Below, one piece after another: positions 1 to 9,402 of a DNA stretch of 64,000 nucleotides (position 1 is the stretch's first letter; each line of letters begins with the position of its first letter). This DNA is from Candidatus Latescibacterota bacterium. GTDB lineage: Bacteria; Latescibacterota; UBA2968; UBA8231. The translations under genes and the position numbers were made by a program. The stretch spans positions 3,712,001 through 3,776,000 of the forward strand of contig OZ241867.1 of assembly GCA_965203175.1 (NCBI GenBank), written 5' to 3'. The notes under the pieces are model-generated. The model saw only the letters and a program-made list of their open reading frames with translations, had not been told where the DNA came from and ran no database searches.

Positions 1-785
1 GAATCGAAGTGGAAGGCCGCCATGCCGGTTTGGGCGATGTACTCCATGCGGTCAACCGTGCGGCCGCAGATGTGGAGGATGATGGGCACCGAAAGCCGCT
101 CGGCAAACTCGATGTGCAGGTCGCGCAGGTAGCGCTCGTAGTACTCGCCGCTGACGAGGTCGCCAGTGGCGTGGTCGGGCAGGGTCAAGGCATCGGCACC
201 GGCCTCGATCTGCGCTTGCCCGAACTCAATGGTGATCTCCTTCATGCGGTCGAGGCAGAGCTTGGTCTTGCCGGGATCGTCGAGCGACAGCAGCAGAAAA
301 GGCTCGACCCCAAAGCAGTGGTAGCCCAGCGACCAAGGCCCCATGGTCTTGCCGACGATGGCAACTTCGTCGCCGTATTCCCTGCGCAGAATCTTGATCG
401 CCTCAGTGACGCAGGCCGTGTCGGGATGGGTGCAGAGGTCGGCGGGGATTTTGATGTCGTCTGGCTCGTGCCAGATTGGCTCGCTCATGCGGACGGTCGG
501 CCAGTTGTCCTTTTGCTCCCACTGGATTTTGCACCCGAGGGCCGAGGACTCTTGGATGATGGTGAAGACCGGCATGATGGTGTCAAAGCCCAACTCGGTG
601 TAGCCAGTGGCGGCTAGCCGCGCCATGAGCTCGGGCTCGCGATTGGCCGCGGGGAAGGGGGCATCGACGAGGTCCATCAATTCGACGGTGGCCACCGAGG
701 TCGGGTTGCAGAGCGGGGTGCGGTCCACGGGCTGGCGGGCGAGGGCGGCGAGGACGCGCTCGCGGCTGGTCATCGAAGAGGTCAT
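1..785 (-). CDS. MtaA/CmuA-family (uroporphyrinogen decarboxylase-like) methyltransferase, 3' end beyond window start
   Basis: Not in the ORF track; hand-translated from ATG at 785 (SD AAGGAG upstream): MTSSMTSRERVLAALARQPVDRTPLCNPTSVATVELM...GKTMGPWS...AQIEAGAD...IILHICG (Zn-binding HxC motif); open to the window edge. Confidence 0.8.
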   Translation of the reverse strand, partial: MTSSMTSRERVLAALARQPVDRTPLCNPTSVATVELMDLVDAPFPAANREPELMARLAATGYTELGFDTIMPVFTIIQESSALGCKIQWEQKDNWPTVRMSEPIWHEPDDIKIPADLCTHPDTACVTEAIKILRREYGDEVAIVGKTMGPWSLGYHCFGVEPFLLLSLDDPGKTKLCLDRMKEITIEFGQAQIEAGADALTLPDHATGDLVSGEYYERYLRDLHIEFAERLSVPIILHICGRTVDRMEYIAQTGMAAFHFD

Positions 786-796
786 GGTAGACTCCT

Positions 797-1438
797 TTAT
801 TCCTGGGAGCTAGGGGCTGAGAGCACGCCGCGGCTGGCCATGGATTCGGCCTCGCGCATGGCGGCGCGCACGTTGGGGGCGCGGACGAGCAACAGGCCGA
901 TTAGAGCATCGTGGGAGTGGCCGCAGCCGAAGCGAGCTTGGTTGGGTTGGTCGGCGACTTCTTCCATCTCACCGAGGCGGATCAGGCCGCGGGCGATGGT
1001 GGCGACGCGGCGTTCCACGCCTCGGACCTGTTCGGTGGCGCGGGCTTCGTACAGGCCTTGTCCGAGGCTAGCGACGGCGATAGTGGCGTTGGCCTTTTTG
1101 TCGAAGATGTGCAGTGGCCGCGGCTCTATGGGTTGCCCCGGCGGCAGCTTGCAAGCCTCTAGGAAGAGCCGCTTGACTGCGAGCAGATGGGCGTGGCCGC
1201 AGGAAAAGCTGAGCAGGCCATCGCTGGTTTGTTCCATGCCTCCGAGTACCTGCATGGCGCGGGCGACTCCGGCGATGCGCTCGGCCGCCCCGGGGAGACG
1301 GCTGTAGGTGTGGACTTGGTAGCAGGGAGAGTCAGAGTCGTCCGGGGAGTAGAGCGCAATGGAAATGTCGTCGAAGTGGGGATCCATGGAGACCAATTCG
1401 ACGCGCGAGCCAAGGTCTAAAGTTTGTGCCATCTGCAT
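797..1438 (-). CDS. hypothetical protein with two internal repeats each ending in FxCGHxH
   Basis: 213-aa ORF with GAGG SD; co-oriented 11 bp upstream of the methyltransferase; start may be ATG 1432. Confidence 0.75.
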   Translation of the reverse strand: MQMAQTLDLGSRVELVSMDPHFDDISIALYSPDDSDSPCYQVHTYSRLPGAAERIAGVARAMQVLGGMEQTSDGLLSFSCGHAHLLAVKRLFLEACKLPPGQPIEPRPLHIFDKKANATIAVASLGQGLYEARATEQVRGVERRVATIARGLIRLGEMEEVADQPNQARFGCGHSHDALIGLLLVRAPNVRAAMREAESMASRGVLSAPSSQE

Positions 1439-1444
1439 TTCCTC

Positions 1445-1500
1445 TTGACAGCAAAGCGCTAAGTTGATTTGTTAGACAAAATAGCTAATGGTCAGACCAT
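1445..1500. promoter_or_regulatory. divergent promoter region with FadR-subfamily operator(s)
   Basis: Palindrome ATGGTC-A-GACCAT (1488-1500) fits the FadR/PdhR/LldR-type TGGT-N3-ACCA consensus; second weaker TTTGT-TAG-ACAAA at 1468-1480; TTGACA at 1445-1450. Confidence 0.7.
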
Positions 1501-1527
1501 CGGCAAATCTTTTTTCGCTATCCGCTA

Positions 1528-2286
1528 TTGAATACCTTGGCTCACTCTACTAAGAAAGCCGCAGCCGCGGCCATGCGCCCGGTGCAGCGCACATCTGTAA
1601 GCGACGAGATTATCGCGCAGATAACCGATTTAATCGAGCGCAACGTCCTCAAGCCCGGCGACAGGCTGCCGCCGGAGCGGGAGTTGTGCAAGCGCTTTCA
1701 GGTTGGGCGCTCCTCGCTGCGCGAAGCTCTGCGCTCGTTGTCCATGATGGGCTTGCTCGACGGTCGCGTGGGCGAGGGCACCTTTGTCTGCGACAAGGGC
1801 CAATACGTGGAGCGGGCGTTGCAATGGGGGTTTTTGCTCGACGGCAAGAAGCTCCAAGACCTGAGCGAGACGCGGATGATGCTCGAGTCGCAAAACGCCT
1901 ATTTGGCGGCTGAGCGGGCCACCGCCGAGGATTTGGCGGCCATTGCCGATGCGCTGGCCGGCATGGCCAGGGGGCTGGCCGACGCGGGGCGCTTTCTCGC
2001 CAGCGATTTGCAGTTCCACCTACTTATCGCCCGGGCCACGCACAATTCCATTCTCTACAGCTTGCTTGAAACGACTCGTAACTATCTGCAAGAATGGATC
2101 AAAGAAAGCTTGGCGGAGCCGTCGCTGGCTGGCCCTCGGGCCGAACTCTCGCTAGCGGAACACCGCCAGATCTTGGAGGCACTGCAGCGGCGGGATGCAG
2201 AGGCCGCGCGGCAAGCGATGGCGGCGCACATCCGCTCCAGCAGCGGGGATTTGCAGCGGATTAGCCGTCGATCAGGGTCCGGTTGA
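1528..2286 (+). CDS. GntR/FadR-family transcriptional regulator (wHTH + FCD)
   Basis: LKPGDRLPPERELCKRFQVGRSSLREAL wHTH; FCD with D-x-x-FH, EH and AHI motifs. Confidence 0.93.
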   Translation: MNTLAHSTKKAAAAAMRPVQRTSVSDEIIAQITDLIERNVLKPGDRLPPERELCKRFQVGRSSLREALRSLSMMGLLDGRVGEGTFVCDKGQYVERALQWGFLLDGKKLQDLSETRMMLESQNAYLAAERATAEDLAAIADALAGMARGLADAGRFLASDLQFHLLIARATHNSILYSLLETTRNYLQEWIKESLAEPSLAGPRAELSLAEHRQILEALQRRDAEAARQAMAAHIRSSSGDLQRISRRSGSG

Positions 2287-3265
2287 CGAATTCAGTGACT
2301 TCCTCGATTCGCCCCAATCCCGTTAAAATCAGGCTCTGGGCAATGCGCCGCGAGAGCCCGACGATGCGTTCGTCGTCGAGTGCGGCGGGCTGGCGGCCGT
2401 CGGTCGCGCTCAACAGCAGGCAGCCGAGGTCGCGCACGGCTTGGTGTTTGACTTCCTCGGCTTTCTTGTAGCTCGCGCTCTGAAAATAGCTATTCCAGAA
2501 TACATTGACGGCTTCTAAATAAGCGGCTTTTTGGGCGGTATTTTGCATGGCCTTGATGCACATATCGGCCGTGTAGAAGGCGAGGTCAAAAGTGGGGTAG
2601 CCGTAGTGGGCGGTGGCAAAATCGACCCAGTAGGGGTGGCCGTCGACGACCCATACATTGCGGGGCCGCAGGTCGCCCAAGACGAGGCAAATCCCCTCGT
2701 TGAGCAGGAGATTGGTGTGGACGGCAATGGCCTTTTTGAGGTCGGGATAGGCGTTGGCGATGTAGTTGTAGTGCGGGTCAATGCGCAGTTGCTCAAAAGC
2801 CTTAGTGGATGCAAACTCATCGGCGACCTCAGACGAGCCGGCGGTCTCGTTGTGGACAGTGGCCAGCAACTCGCCGCACTGGACGGCGATTTGCAGATCG
2901 ATGCGGCCGTTGACCAAGTCGCCCTCCCACGATAGGGCGTTGTGCGGTGGTGGGGTCGTCACGAGAATGAAGTCCGTGCGGTCTTCGAGCAAGACTTCCG
3001 GCAAGATCTCGGGAGCGAGGAGATGCCCCAAGCGTTCGATACAGCTTTTCTCGGCGAAGATGCGCCGCCGATCGATCCACCAGCGCTCCTTGATTTGGAC
3101 GCGCGAGTGCGCCTGCTTGACGATCCAAGTCTGGTTGGACGACGCCACGTAGTACACCCGATTTTTCATCCCGTCGCTCAAGGTCTGGACGCGGATCGGA
3201 CCTCCGTTGGCGAGCAGTTTCTTGCGTTTCAGATATTTGGGTATGGCCTTTTTATCTAGGTTCAT
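2261..3265 (-). CDS. APH/methylthioribose kinase-like phosphotransferase
   Basis: IVKQA lysine, LATVH, LGDLRPRN catalytic loop, VDF motif, G-x-P-x-FDL. Confidence 0.7.
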   Translation of the reverse strand: MNLDKKAIPKYLKRKKLLANGGPIRVQTLSDGMKNRVYYVASSNQTWIVKQAHSRVQIKERWWIDRRRIFAEKSCIERLGHLLAPEILPEVLLEDRTDFILVTTPPPHNALSWEGDLVNGRIDLQIAVQCGELLATVHNETAGSSEVADEFASTKAFEQLRIDPHYNYIANAYPDLKKAIAVHTNLLLNEGICLVLGDLRPRNVWVVDGHPYWVDFATAHYGYPTFDLAFYTADMCIKAMQNTAQKAAYLEAVNVFWNSYFQSASYKKAEEVKHQAVRDLGCLLLSATDGRQPAALDDERIVGLSRRIAQSLILTGLGRIEEVTEFVNRTLIDG

Positions 3266-3274
3266 CGGCTTCTC

Positions 3275-4162
3275 TCAAGAGGTAGTGGCGGTGGTGGCCC
3301 GCACCTGTTCGACTTGGCTGGCGGCGTGGTACGAGCTGCGCACTAGCGGGCCGGACTCGACGTGGCGAAAGCCCAAGCCGAGGGCGAAGCTCTGCCACTG
3401 TGCAAACTCGTCCGGGTGGACGAACCGCTCTACGGGCACGTGATGGGCGGATGGGCTTAGGTATTGGCCCAAGGTCAGAATGGCGCAGCCGACATCCGCT
3501 AGGTCGTGGATGCTCTGGGCTATTTCTCTTTTGGTCTCGCCCGCCCCCAGCATCATGCCGGACTTGGTGGGTGCCGGACTCATCTTGCGGGCCCGGTCGA
3601 GGAGTTCCAGCGAGCGGCCGTACTGGGCTTGTGGGCGCATGGTGGGGTAGAGGCGAGGCGGAGTCTCAATGTTGTGGTTGAGGATGTCCGGGCCGGCTTC
3701 GAGGACGGTCGTTAGGGCCTGCCAGTCGCCCTTGAAGTCCGGAATCAGGACTTCGACACTCGTCTCGGGGCAAAGGCGATGTACTGCCGAGATCGTCCGG
3801 GCGAAGATGCGCGCCCCGCCGTCTGGCAGTTCGTCGCGATTGACTGAGGTAATCACCGCGTGGTCCAGCCCGAGGTGAGCAATGGCGGCGGCGACGCGTT
3901 CAGGCTCGCCCTCGTCGAGCCTTTGGGGGCGTCCCGTCTTGATCGCGCAAAACCCGCAGCTGCGGGTGCAGACATCGCCCAGAATCATAAAGGTCGCCGT
4001 GCGCTGGCTCCAGCACTCGCCGATGTTGGGGCACTGGGCACTCTCGCACACCGTGTTAAGCTGTAAGTCAGCGAGCAGGTTTTTTAGGGCGATGTAATTG
4101 GGGTGGCCCGGGGCTTTAGCCTTGAGCCAGGGTGGGAGTCGGCGCTTGGAGTCAGATGCCAT
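3275..4162 (-). CDS. lipA: lipoyl synthase
   Basis: CESAQCPNIGEC and CTRSCGFC cluster motifs; C-terminal RSSYHA. Confidence 0.97.
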   Translation of the reverse strand: MASDSKRRLPPWLKAKAPGHPNYIALKNLLADLQLNTVCESAQCPNIGECWSQRTATFMILGDVCTRSCGFCAIKTGRPQRLDEGEPERVAAAIAHLGLDHAVITSVNRDELPDGGARIFARTISAVHRLCPETSVEVLIPDFKGDWQALTTVLEAGPDILNHNIETPPRLYPTMRPQAQYGRSLELLDRARKMSPAPTKSGMMLGAGETKREIAQSIHDLADVGCAILTLGQYLSPSAHHVPVERFVHPDEFAQWQSFALGLGFRHVESGPLVRSSYHAASQVEQVRATTATTS

Positions 4163-4222
4163 AAGACAGACGGGGAAAAACTAAAAGAGAATAGAATATA
4201 ATACGGCTCCGGCATGCTAATA

Positions 4223-5440
4223 TCAAGACTTGGTGGATGCGGCGGCTAAGCACGTGCGCCACAGCCCGTACCACAGGCAGCCGAGGGGAATGAGTTTGGT
4301 ACTGCGATAGGCGATGGAAACGGCCGGTTCCCATGTGCGCTCAGGGTCAATCGGCCCATAGACCCCAGGCTCGATATCGAAGAGAACGAAGGGAGTCGGC
4401 AGGGCGATAAAAGCAAATATCCACAATAACTTAGGAGATCCTGAGTGCGCGTACAAACCCACGAGTACGGGCTGGAGAAAGACGTAGTGGTGTTCCCAAA
4501 CGTCTTTATAAACGAGAAAAAAGGTACATATCCACAGGGCGAGTAGAGGCAGGGCATCGCGGCCACGCCAGGTGGCCATTAGTGCCGCGATGAGAATAGC
4601 GGCCTGCGAGCCGTAAATGACCGCGCGGCCTGCAAAAGGGAGGTCGGCGAGGGTCGTCAGCTCGCCTAGAGGCCGCCCGGCTAGTTGGGCCACGACGCTG
4701 ACCAGCCCGCCTTGCAGCCCGAGATTGCCCGCGTGGGTGAGGGCACCTTGGACGGGACTGCCATGGATATTGGCGGCGAAAAAAGTTGCCAAGCTATTTG
4801 GATGCAGGAGGAAGTAAGGCAGCGAAGTGAGCAAGCCGGCCAGCAGCCCCAAGACGAGGACGCGCCAGGCGCGGAGCCTCAGGAGCGCAGGAGAGAGGAT
4901 TAAGGCGTTGGGTTTGACCAAGAGGGCACCCGCCCAACAGAAGCCGGTCGCCCATCTCCGGTCGCTGTGGAGGCCGACGATGAGCCAAAAGATCAGCGAG
5001 GCCGCCCAGAAACTAACCTGCCCCATGTAGAGTTCGAGAAAATAAGGCGAATACGCCAGCCACATAAACAGGGCCAAGCCCCGGCCTGGCCCTTCGACCC
5101 ATCGCCAAGTTAGATAGAGGTTGGCCGCGAGAAAAAGTTCGGTGCAACAGAGGTGCAGGAGGTATGCGGTAAGAGGCTGAAAGTGGGCAAAAAAGCTGGC
5201 GACCAAGGCAAAGGCCGGCAGATAGCGGAAGCCGAAAGCACCCGACACCGAGTAGATGTCGCGGCCTTCGGCTAGGGCTTGGCCCGCCAAATAGAAGACC
5301 CCGAAGTCAAAGCCACGGCGGGTGTGGGAGGCGTCGTTGAAGAAGGGCCGGAGGAGGTCGGTACCGAGCGCGGCGAGGAAAAAGGCGTGAATTAAAAGGC
5401 CCGCTGCGAGGTAGGGAACAGGCCCTCTAAAGCGATTCAT
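4223..5440 (-). CDS. GT87-family (DUF2029) membrane glycosyltransferase
   Basis: Polytopic membrane protein; DFGVFY, FRYLP, GQV, LLVKP, VWEHHY motifs. Confidence 0.75.
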   Translation of the reverse strand: MNRFRGPVPYLAAGLLIHAFFLAALGTDLLRPFFNDASHTRRGFDFGVFYLAGQALAEGRDIYSVSGAFGFRYLPAFALVASFFAHFQPLTAYLLHLCCTELFLAANLYLTWRWVEGPGRGLALFMWLAYSPYFLELYMGQVSFWAASLIFWLIVGLHSDRRWATGFCWAGALLVKPNALILSPALLRLRAWRVLVLGLLAGLLTSLPYFLLHPNSLATFFAANIHGSPVQGALTHAGNLGLQGGLVSVVAQLAGRPLGELTTLADLPFAGRAVIYGSQAAILIAALMATWRGRDALPLLALWICTFFLVYKDVWEHHYVFLQPVLVGLYAHSGSPKLLWIFAFIALPTPFVLFDIEPGVYGPIDPERTWEPAVSIAYRSTKLIPLGCLWYGLWRTCLAAASTKS

Positions 5441-5461
5441 GCCGCTGAAAAATACAAACTC

Positions 5462-7336
5462 CTATTGGAGGTCTCCGCTGCCGTCTTCTTGGGCAATGGA
5501 TTCCTCTTCTAGCACGCCTATTTCTCCCTTGTCGAACCACATCTGGTACTCGCTTGGGTCGGCGATGATGCGGCGCGCCTCCAGTACTTGGGGATCCACA
5601 GTTACATTGTACGCTTCGGCCACTTGCTGCCCGAATGCCTTTTCGAGGATGTCGAAGGTGAGCCGCCAAGCGATGAGGTCTTCGTTCTCCTGCCAGTGTT
5701 TTTCCTCGATTTTGTCGATTTCGTCAATCAGGTGACTGAGCGGCTTGGCGAGTTGGTTGTACTCCTCGCCTTCGGCGACCTTGTCCAATTCTTCGACTCG
5801 GGCTTCGAGTTCGCTGATGTAGTTGAATCCGCGGTTTTCGGCAAAAGCGCGAAAGGCCGCTAAGTCCTCTGGACCAGCGACGAAGTCTGGAGTCAATTCT
5901 GGGTATTTGAGCCGGTGCTCGCGGGCGTAGTAGAAGAATTGATTGTTGAGGCTGTAGACGCCGCTGAGCTGGGCGTAGAGGCGGTTGCCGCTACGCCCAG
6001 GCACCACGATGTCTGGGGTAATGCCGCCGCCGCCGCGGACGATGCGTTCAAGCCGGAGGGTCTTGAACGCCTTGTCGTACCCGCGGACGAGGGTGGAGTC
6101 TTTGCGCATGCGTTTGTCGATGGAGCGGCCCGAAGGCGTGTGCCAAGCGGCCATGGTCAGCTTGAGCTCGGCGCGGTCGTCGATGTGGACGATCTGCTGA
6201 ACGGATCCCTTGCCCACGGTCGTATCCCCCAGCACCAGCCCGCGGTCCCAGTCTTGGATGGCGCCGGCGACTATCTCGGACGCCGAAGCGGACAGGTAGT
6301 TGACCAAGACGATGAGGGGTGTGTCGCGCAGCAGAGCGTCCTCGCTGGTTTCGTATCTAACCGTGTCCTCAAAGGCGCGGCCCGCGGTAAAGACCACGAG
6401 GCGATCGCGGGGCAGGAAGCGGTCGGCGACTTGCACGGCTTCTTCGAGATACCCGCCGCCATTGCCTCGCAGGTCGAAGATCAGCCGCTGCATGCCTTGT
6501 TCCTCTAACTCGACAATGGCGTTGAACATCTCCCGGCTCGACCCCTTTTGGAAGCTGTAGAGCTTGATATAGCCAGTGTCGTCGGGGAAGAGAGTGGCAA
6601 GAGTAACGCTGTTCATCTGCACTTCTTGCCGTTCGATCGTCAGGTCAAAAGGGGTGGGGAGGTCGGCGCGCTTTAGGGTCAGGGTTACGGAGGTGCCAGG
6701 CTCGCCACGCATGCTGTCGGCAGCCACGCCAGCCGACATGCTCTTGGTGGAGGTGTTGTTGATTGTAGTGATGAGGTCGCCCGACTTGACACCCGCTAGG
6801 GCCGCCGGCGTCTGGTCGTGTAGGAGGTTCCATACGGCAATCGCGCTATCGGGATAGACAACTTGGATGCGAAAGCCTAGTCCTCCGTATTTGCCTTGGG
6901 TTTGGATGTTGAAATTGTCGAGGTTACGCTTTTCCAAAAACACTGAGTAGGGATCGAGAATTTCCATCATCCCGGCAATTCCAAAGCGGATTAGCGTGTC
7001 CGCAGCAACAGGATAAAAAGCATTCTCGTCGATGGCTTGGGCCATCTGCATGAGGGTGTAGAAGCGGTGATCTAGCTGCCTAGCGTCGTCCGCGTCGTCG
7101 AGCTGGGTTCGGGCGTTGAAGGTGTACTCCGAGGCTGGATCCAAGGCATGAAATATTCCGCGCGCAGCCGCCTGCATGAGGGAATCGGGATGCACTTCTT
7201 CAAAGTAGTAGTGGTGAATGCGGTGGGCTGTCTTCCACAACAGGGCTTTGTATTCATCTTCAATGGAACGCTCGGCCTGCAGGTCGGAGATAAACGCGAC
7301 GAGGGCGAGCAGTAGCGAAATTCGCAAAGTGGACAA
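5462..7336 (-). CDS. ctpA: S41 carboxyl-terminal processing protease (PDZ + peptidase S41)
   Basis: YGGLG PDZ, DLRGNGGG, SASASEIVAGAIQD, TVGKGSVQ, GITPD; start revised to TTG 7336 behind a GAGGAG SD. Confidence 0.9.
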   Translation of the reverse strand: MSTLRISLLLALVAFISDLQAERSIEDEYKALLWKTAHRIHHYYFEEVHPDSLMQAAARGIFHALDPASEYTFNARTQLDDADDARQLDHRFYTLMQMAQAIDENAFYPVAADTLIRFGIAGMMEILDPYSVFLEKRNLDNFNIQTQGKYGGLGFRIQVVYPDSAIAVWNLLHDQTPAALAGVKSGDLITTINNTSTKSMSAGVAADSMRGEPGTSVTLTLKRADLPTPFDLTIERQEVQMNSVTLATLFPDDTGYIKLYSFQKGSSREMFNAIVELEEQGMQRLIFDLRGNGGGYLEEAVQVADRFLPRDRLVVFTAGRAFEDTVRYETSEDALLRDTPLIVLVNYLSASASEIVAGAIQDWDRGLVLGDTTVGKGSVQQIVHIDDRAELKLTMAAWHTPSGRSIDKRMRKDSTLVRGYDKAFKTLRLERIVRGGGGITPDIVVPGRSGNRLYAQLSGVYSLNNQFFYYAREHRLKYPELTPDFVAGPEDLAAFRAFAENRGFNYISELEARVEELDKVAEGEEYNQLAKPLSHLIDEIDKIEEKHWQENEDLIAWRLTFDILEKAFGQQVAEAYNVTVDPQVLEARRIIADPSEYQMWFDKGEIGVLEEESIAQEDGSGDLQ

Positions 7337-7407
7337 GTGATACTCCTCGATCAGTTGGGCGTACAGAGTTGCTGTTAAAGACATACTATGGACGGGCCGG
7401 TATCGAG

Positions 7408-8196
7408 TCAAGCAGTACGCCGCCTGTACGCGAAGGCCAAACCGCGGAGTACGAGGTCTGGATCGCAAGTGTGGACCGCGCGGATATGCGGCTGGAGCAG
7501 GGGGCTATCGCCGCCGGTGAGAAAGACCGCGACAGGACTATCTAAGGCCGCAGCCATGTGCGCGCAGAGACCCTCGACGAGCGCGGCCGATCCGTGCAGC
7601 GCACCCGACCGCAGACCGTCCGTAGTGTTCTTGCCCAGCAGGGGTGTTGTGGATGCTAACTCGACTTGAGGCAAAAGGTTGGTGCCCGCGCTGAGGGCCT
7701 CTAACCCGAGGCGCAGCCCCGGGGCAATCGCGCCGCCGCGGAAGGTGCCCGTGCTGTCGATGGCATCGACCGTTAGCGCGGTACCGGCATCGACGACTAC
7801 GGCTGCCCGGCCGGTTGGGGTTGCGCGATGAGCGGCCGCAGCCCCGGCGAGGCGATCAACGCCAATCTGAGCGGGGTCATCGTAGTCGATGCACAGGCCC
7901 CAATCCCACGCGCTACTCGCTTGGAGAACGGGGCCGGAAGAAAAGTCGCGGCAAACCTCTGAGTACGCAGCCCCCAATTCCGCGACGACTGACCCTATGA
8001 CTGCGCCAACCGGGGGCGCGTCAAGCGATGCGAGCAGGCGTTGTAGGCCGGCATCGGCCGGAGGGGCTGTGGGGTATTTGTGGTGGAAGACGGGGTCTTC
8101 ACCGGCCAAAAGGCCAATATCGATGCAGGTGTTGCCAATGTCGATGGCCAATAGCATGGAGGAATTTGGCGATTGACTTTCCGCCGTGGCGTCCAT
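7408..8196 (-). CDS. coaX: type III pantothenate kinase
   Basis: AIDIGNT, IGVDR, VVDAGTALTVD, GGAIAPG, LTGGD, DLVLRGL. Confidence 0.93.
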   Translation of the reverse strand: MDATAESQSPNSSMLLAIDIGNTCIDIGLLAGEDPVFHHKYPTAPPADAGLQRLLASLDAPPVGAVIGSVVAELGAAYSEVCRDFSSGPVLQASSAWDWGLCIDYDDPAQIGVDRLAGAAAAHRATPTGRAAVVVDAGTALTVDAIDSTGTFRGGAIAPGLRLGLEALSAGTNLLPQVELASTTPLLGKNTTDGLRSGALHGSAALVEGLCAHMAAALDSPVAVFLTGGDSPLLQPHIRAVHTCDPDLVLRGLAFAYRRRTA

Positions 8197-8292
8197 AATT
8201 TACCTAGGCTTAACTCAAACAATATCCAATAGATAGAATCTAACGAATGCCTCAAAATTTGCTATCAAGCTAGCAGACAGAGGAATATAGTT

Positions 8293-9327
8293 ATGAATCT
8301 ATTAGGCAAGCGCTGTACTTTTATTGTCATTTCCCCGCGCGACGGTCAGGTGCGCGAGTACGGTTTTTTCCCTCGCATCCTATGGCTGCTTCTGCTGGGG
8401 GGCTTTGGTTTTGTGGGGTCGCTTGGTTACTACATCTACGCCCAGGATTTTTATCAGCCGGGCGGTCAGAAGGCTCTGCTGGCCTTGCAGGACGAGAACA
8501 AAACTCTCCTACACAGCTTAGAGCAAACCCGCGAGGAAGTGCAGCAGCTCGGGGTGGCTATGGATCAGCTCAAGGCCACTGAAGACAGATTGCGCGCCCA
8601 CCACGAGATGGAGCCACTCAAGATGGAGCCGCTCGCTGCGGATCAAGAGCCGGGCGGCGTCGGGGGAGTGGAGGATTTGTCCCAGAAGTTCACGTCCTTG
8701 CCGCTGCAAAAGCAGTTGATGATGCGAGAGATGAGCGTGCGCATCGACTATCTGAAGCGGATGGCCAACCTCCAAGAAAAGAGCTTTGAGGAAATCGAGC
8801 GCAGATTCCAAGAGACTAGTGTCCAATACTTGCCCACGATTTCACCGGTTCCCGAGCAGATGACTTGGCGGTCGTCGTCCTTTGGCTGGCGCATCGATCC
8901 CTTCACCGGGCGTCGGGCCTTCCACAGCGGCGTCGATTTTGCCGGTCGCACAGGCACGCCTATCTACGCGACGGCTGATGGCTTTGTAAGCTACGCCGCG
9001 AGGGATAAATATCTCGGCAAGACGGTTGTTCTTGATCATCGGAAAAAGGAACTCGACGAGCAGGGTCAGCCCTATGCGCGCCAAGGCGGCTATCAGACCG
9101 AATATGGCCACTTGGACAAAATCTTGGTCGAGCAGGGGCAGGAGGTAAAGCGCGGAGAGAAGATCGGGACGATGGGCAACACGGGCCGCTCAACCGGTCC
9201 GCATTTGCACTATGCGGTGCGCTTGCGGGACCGCGAGTTGAGCAAGCACCGGGGATACAAGAATCCAGAAGATTTCATCTTCGATTTCGACAGGAGCGAG
9301 GACGATAGGTGGGCCGCAGGCGAGTGA
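8293..9327 (+). CDS. M23 family metallopeptidase (TM + coiled coil)
   Basis: SSFGWRIDPFTG, HSGVDF, YGHL, GNTGRSTGPHLHY. Confidence 0.93.
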   Translation: MNLLGKRCTFIVISPRDGQVREYGFFPRILWLLLLGGFGFVGSLGYYIYAQDFYQPGGQKALLALQDENKTLLHSLEQTREEVQQLGVAMDQLKATEDRLRAHHEMEPLKMEPLAADQEPGGVGGVEDLSQKFTSLPLQKQLMMREMSVRIDYLKRMANLQEKSFEEIERRFQETSVQYLPTISPVPEQMTWRSSSFGWRIDPFTGRRAFHSGVDFAGRTGTPIYATADGFVSYAARDKYLGKTVVLDHRKKELDEQGQPYARQGGYQTEYGHLDKILVEQGQEVKRGEKIGTMGNTGRSTGPHLHYAVRLRDRELSKHRGYKNPEDFIFDFDRSEDDRWAAGE

Positions 9328-9349
9328 GTAGAATCCCACCAAGTATATC

Positions 9350-9388
9350 GAGACCGGTCCAGCAAGCGCGGGCCGGTTTCTTTGTTTT
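9350..9388 (+). terminator. rho-independent terminator
   Basis: GAGACCGGTCC-loop-GGGCCGGTTTC followed by TTTGTTTT, downstream of the M23 stop. Confidence 0.65.
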
Positions 9389-9402
9389 AGGAGCACAACT
9401 GC

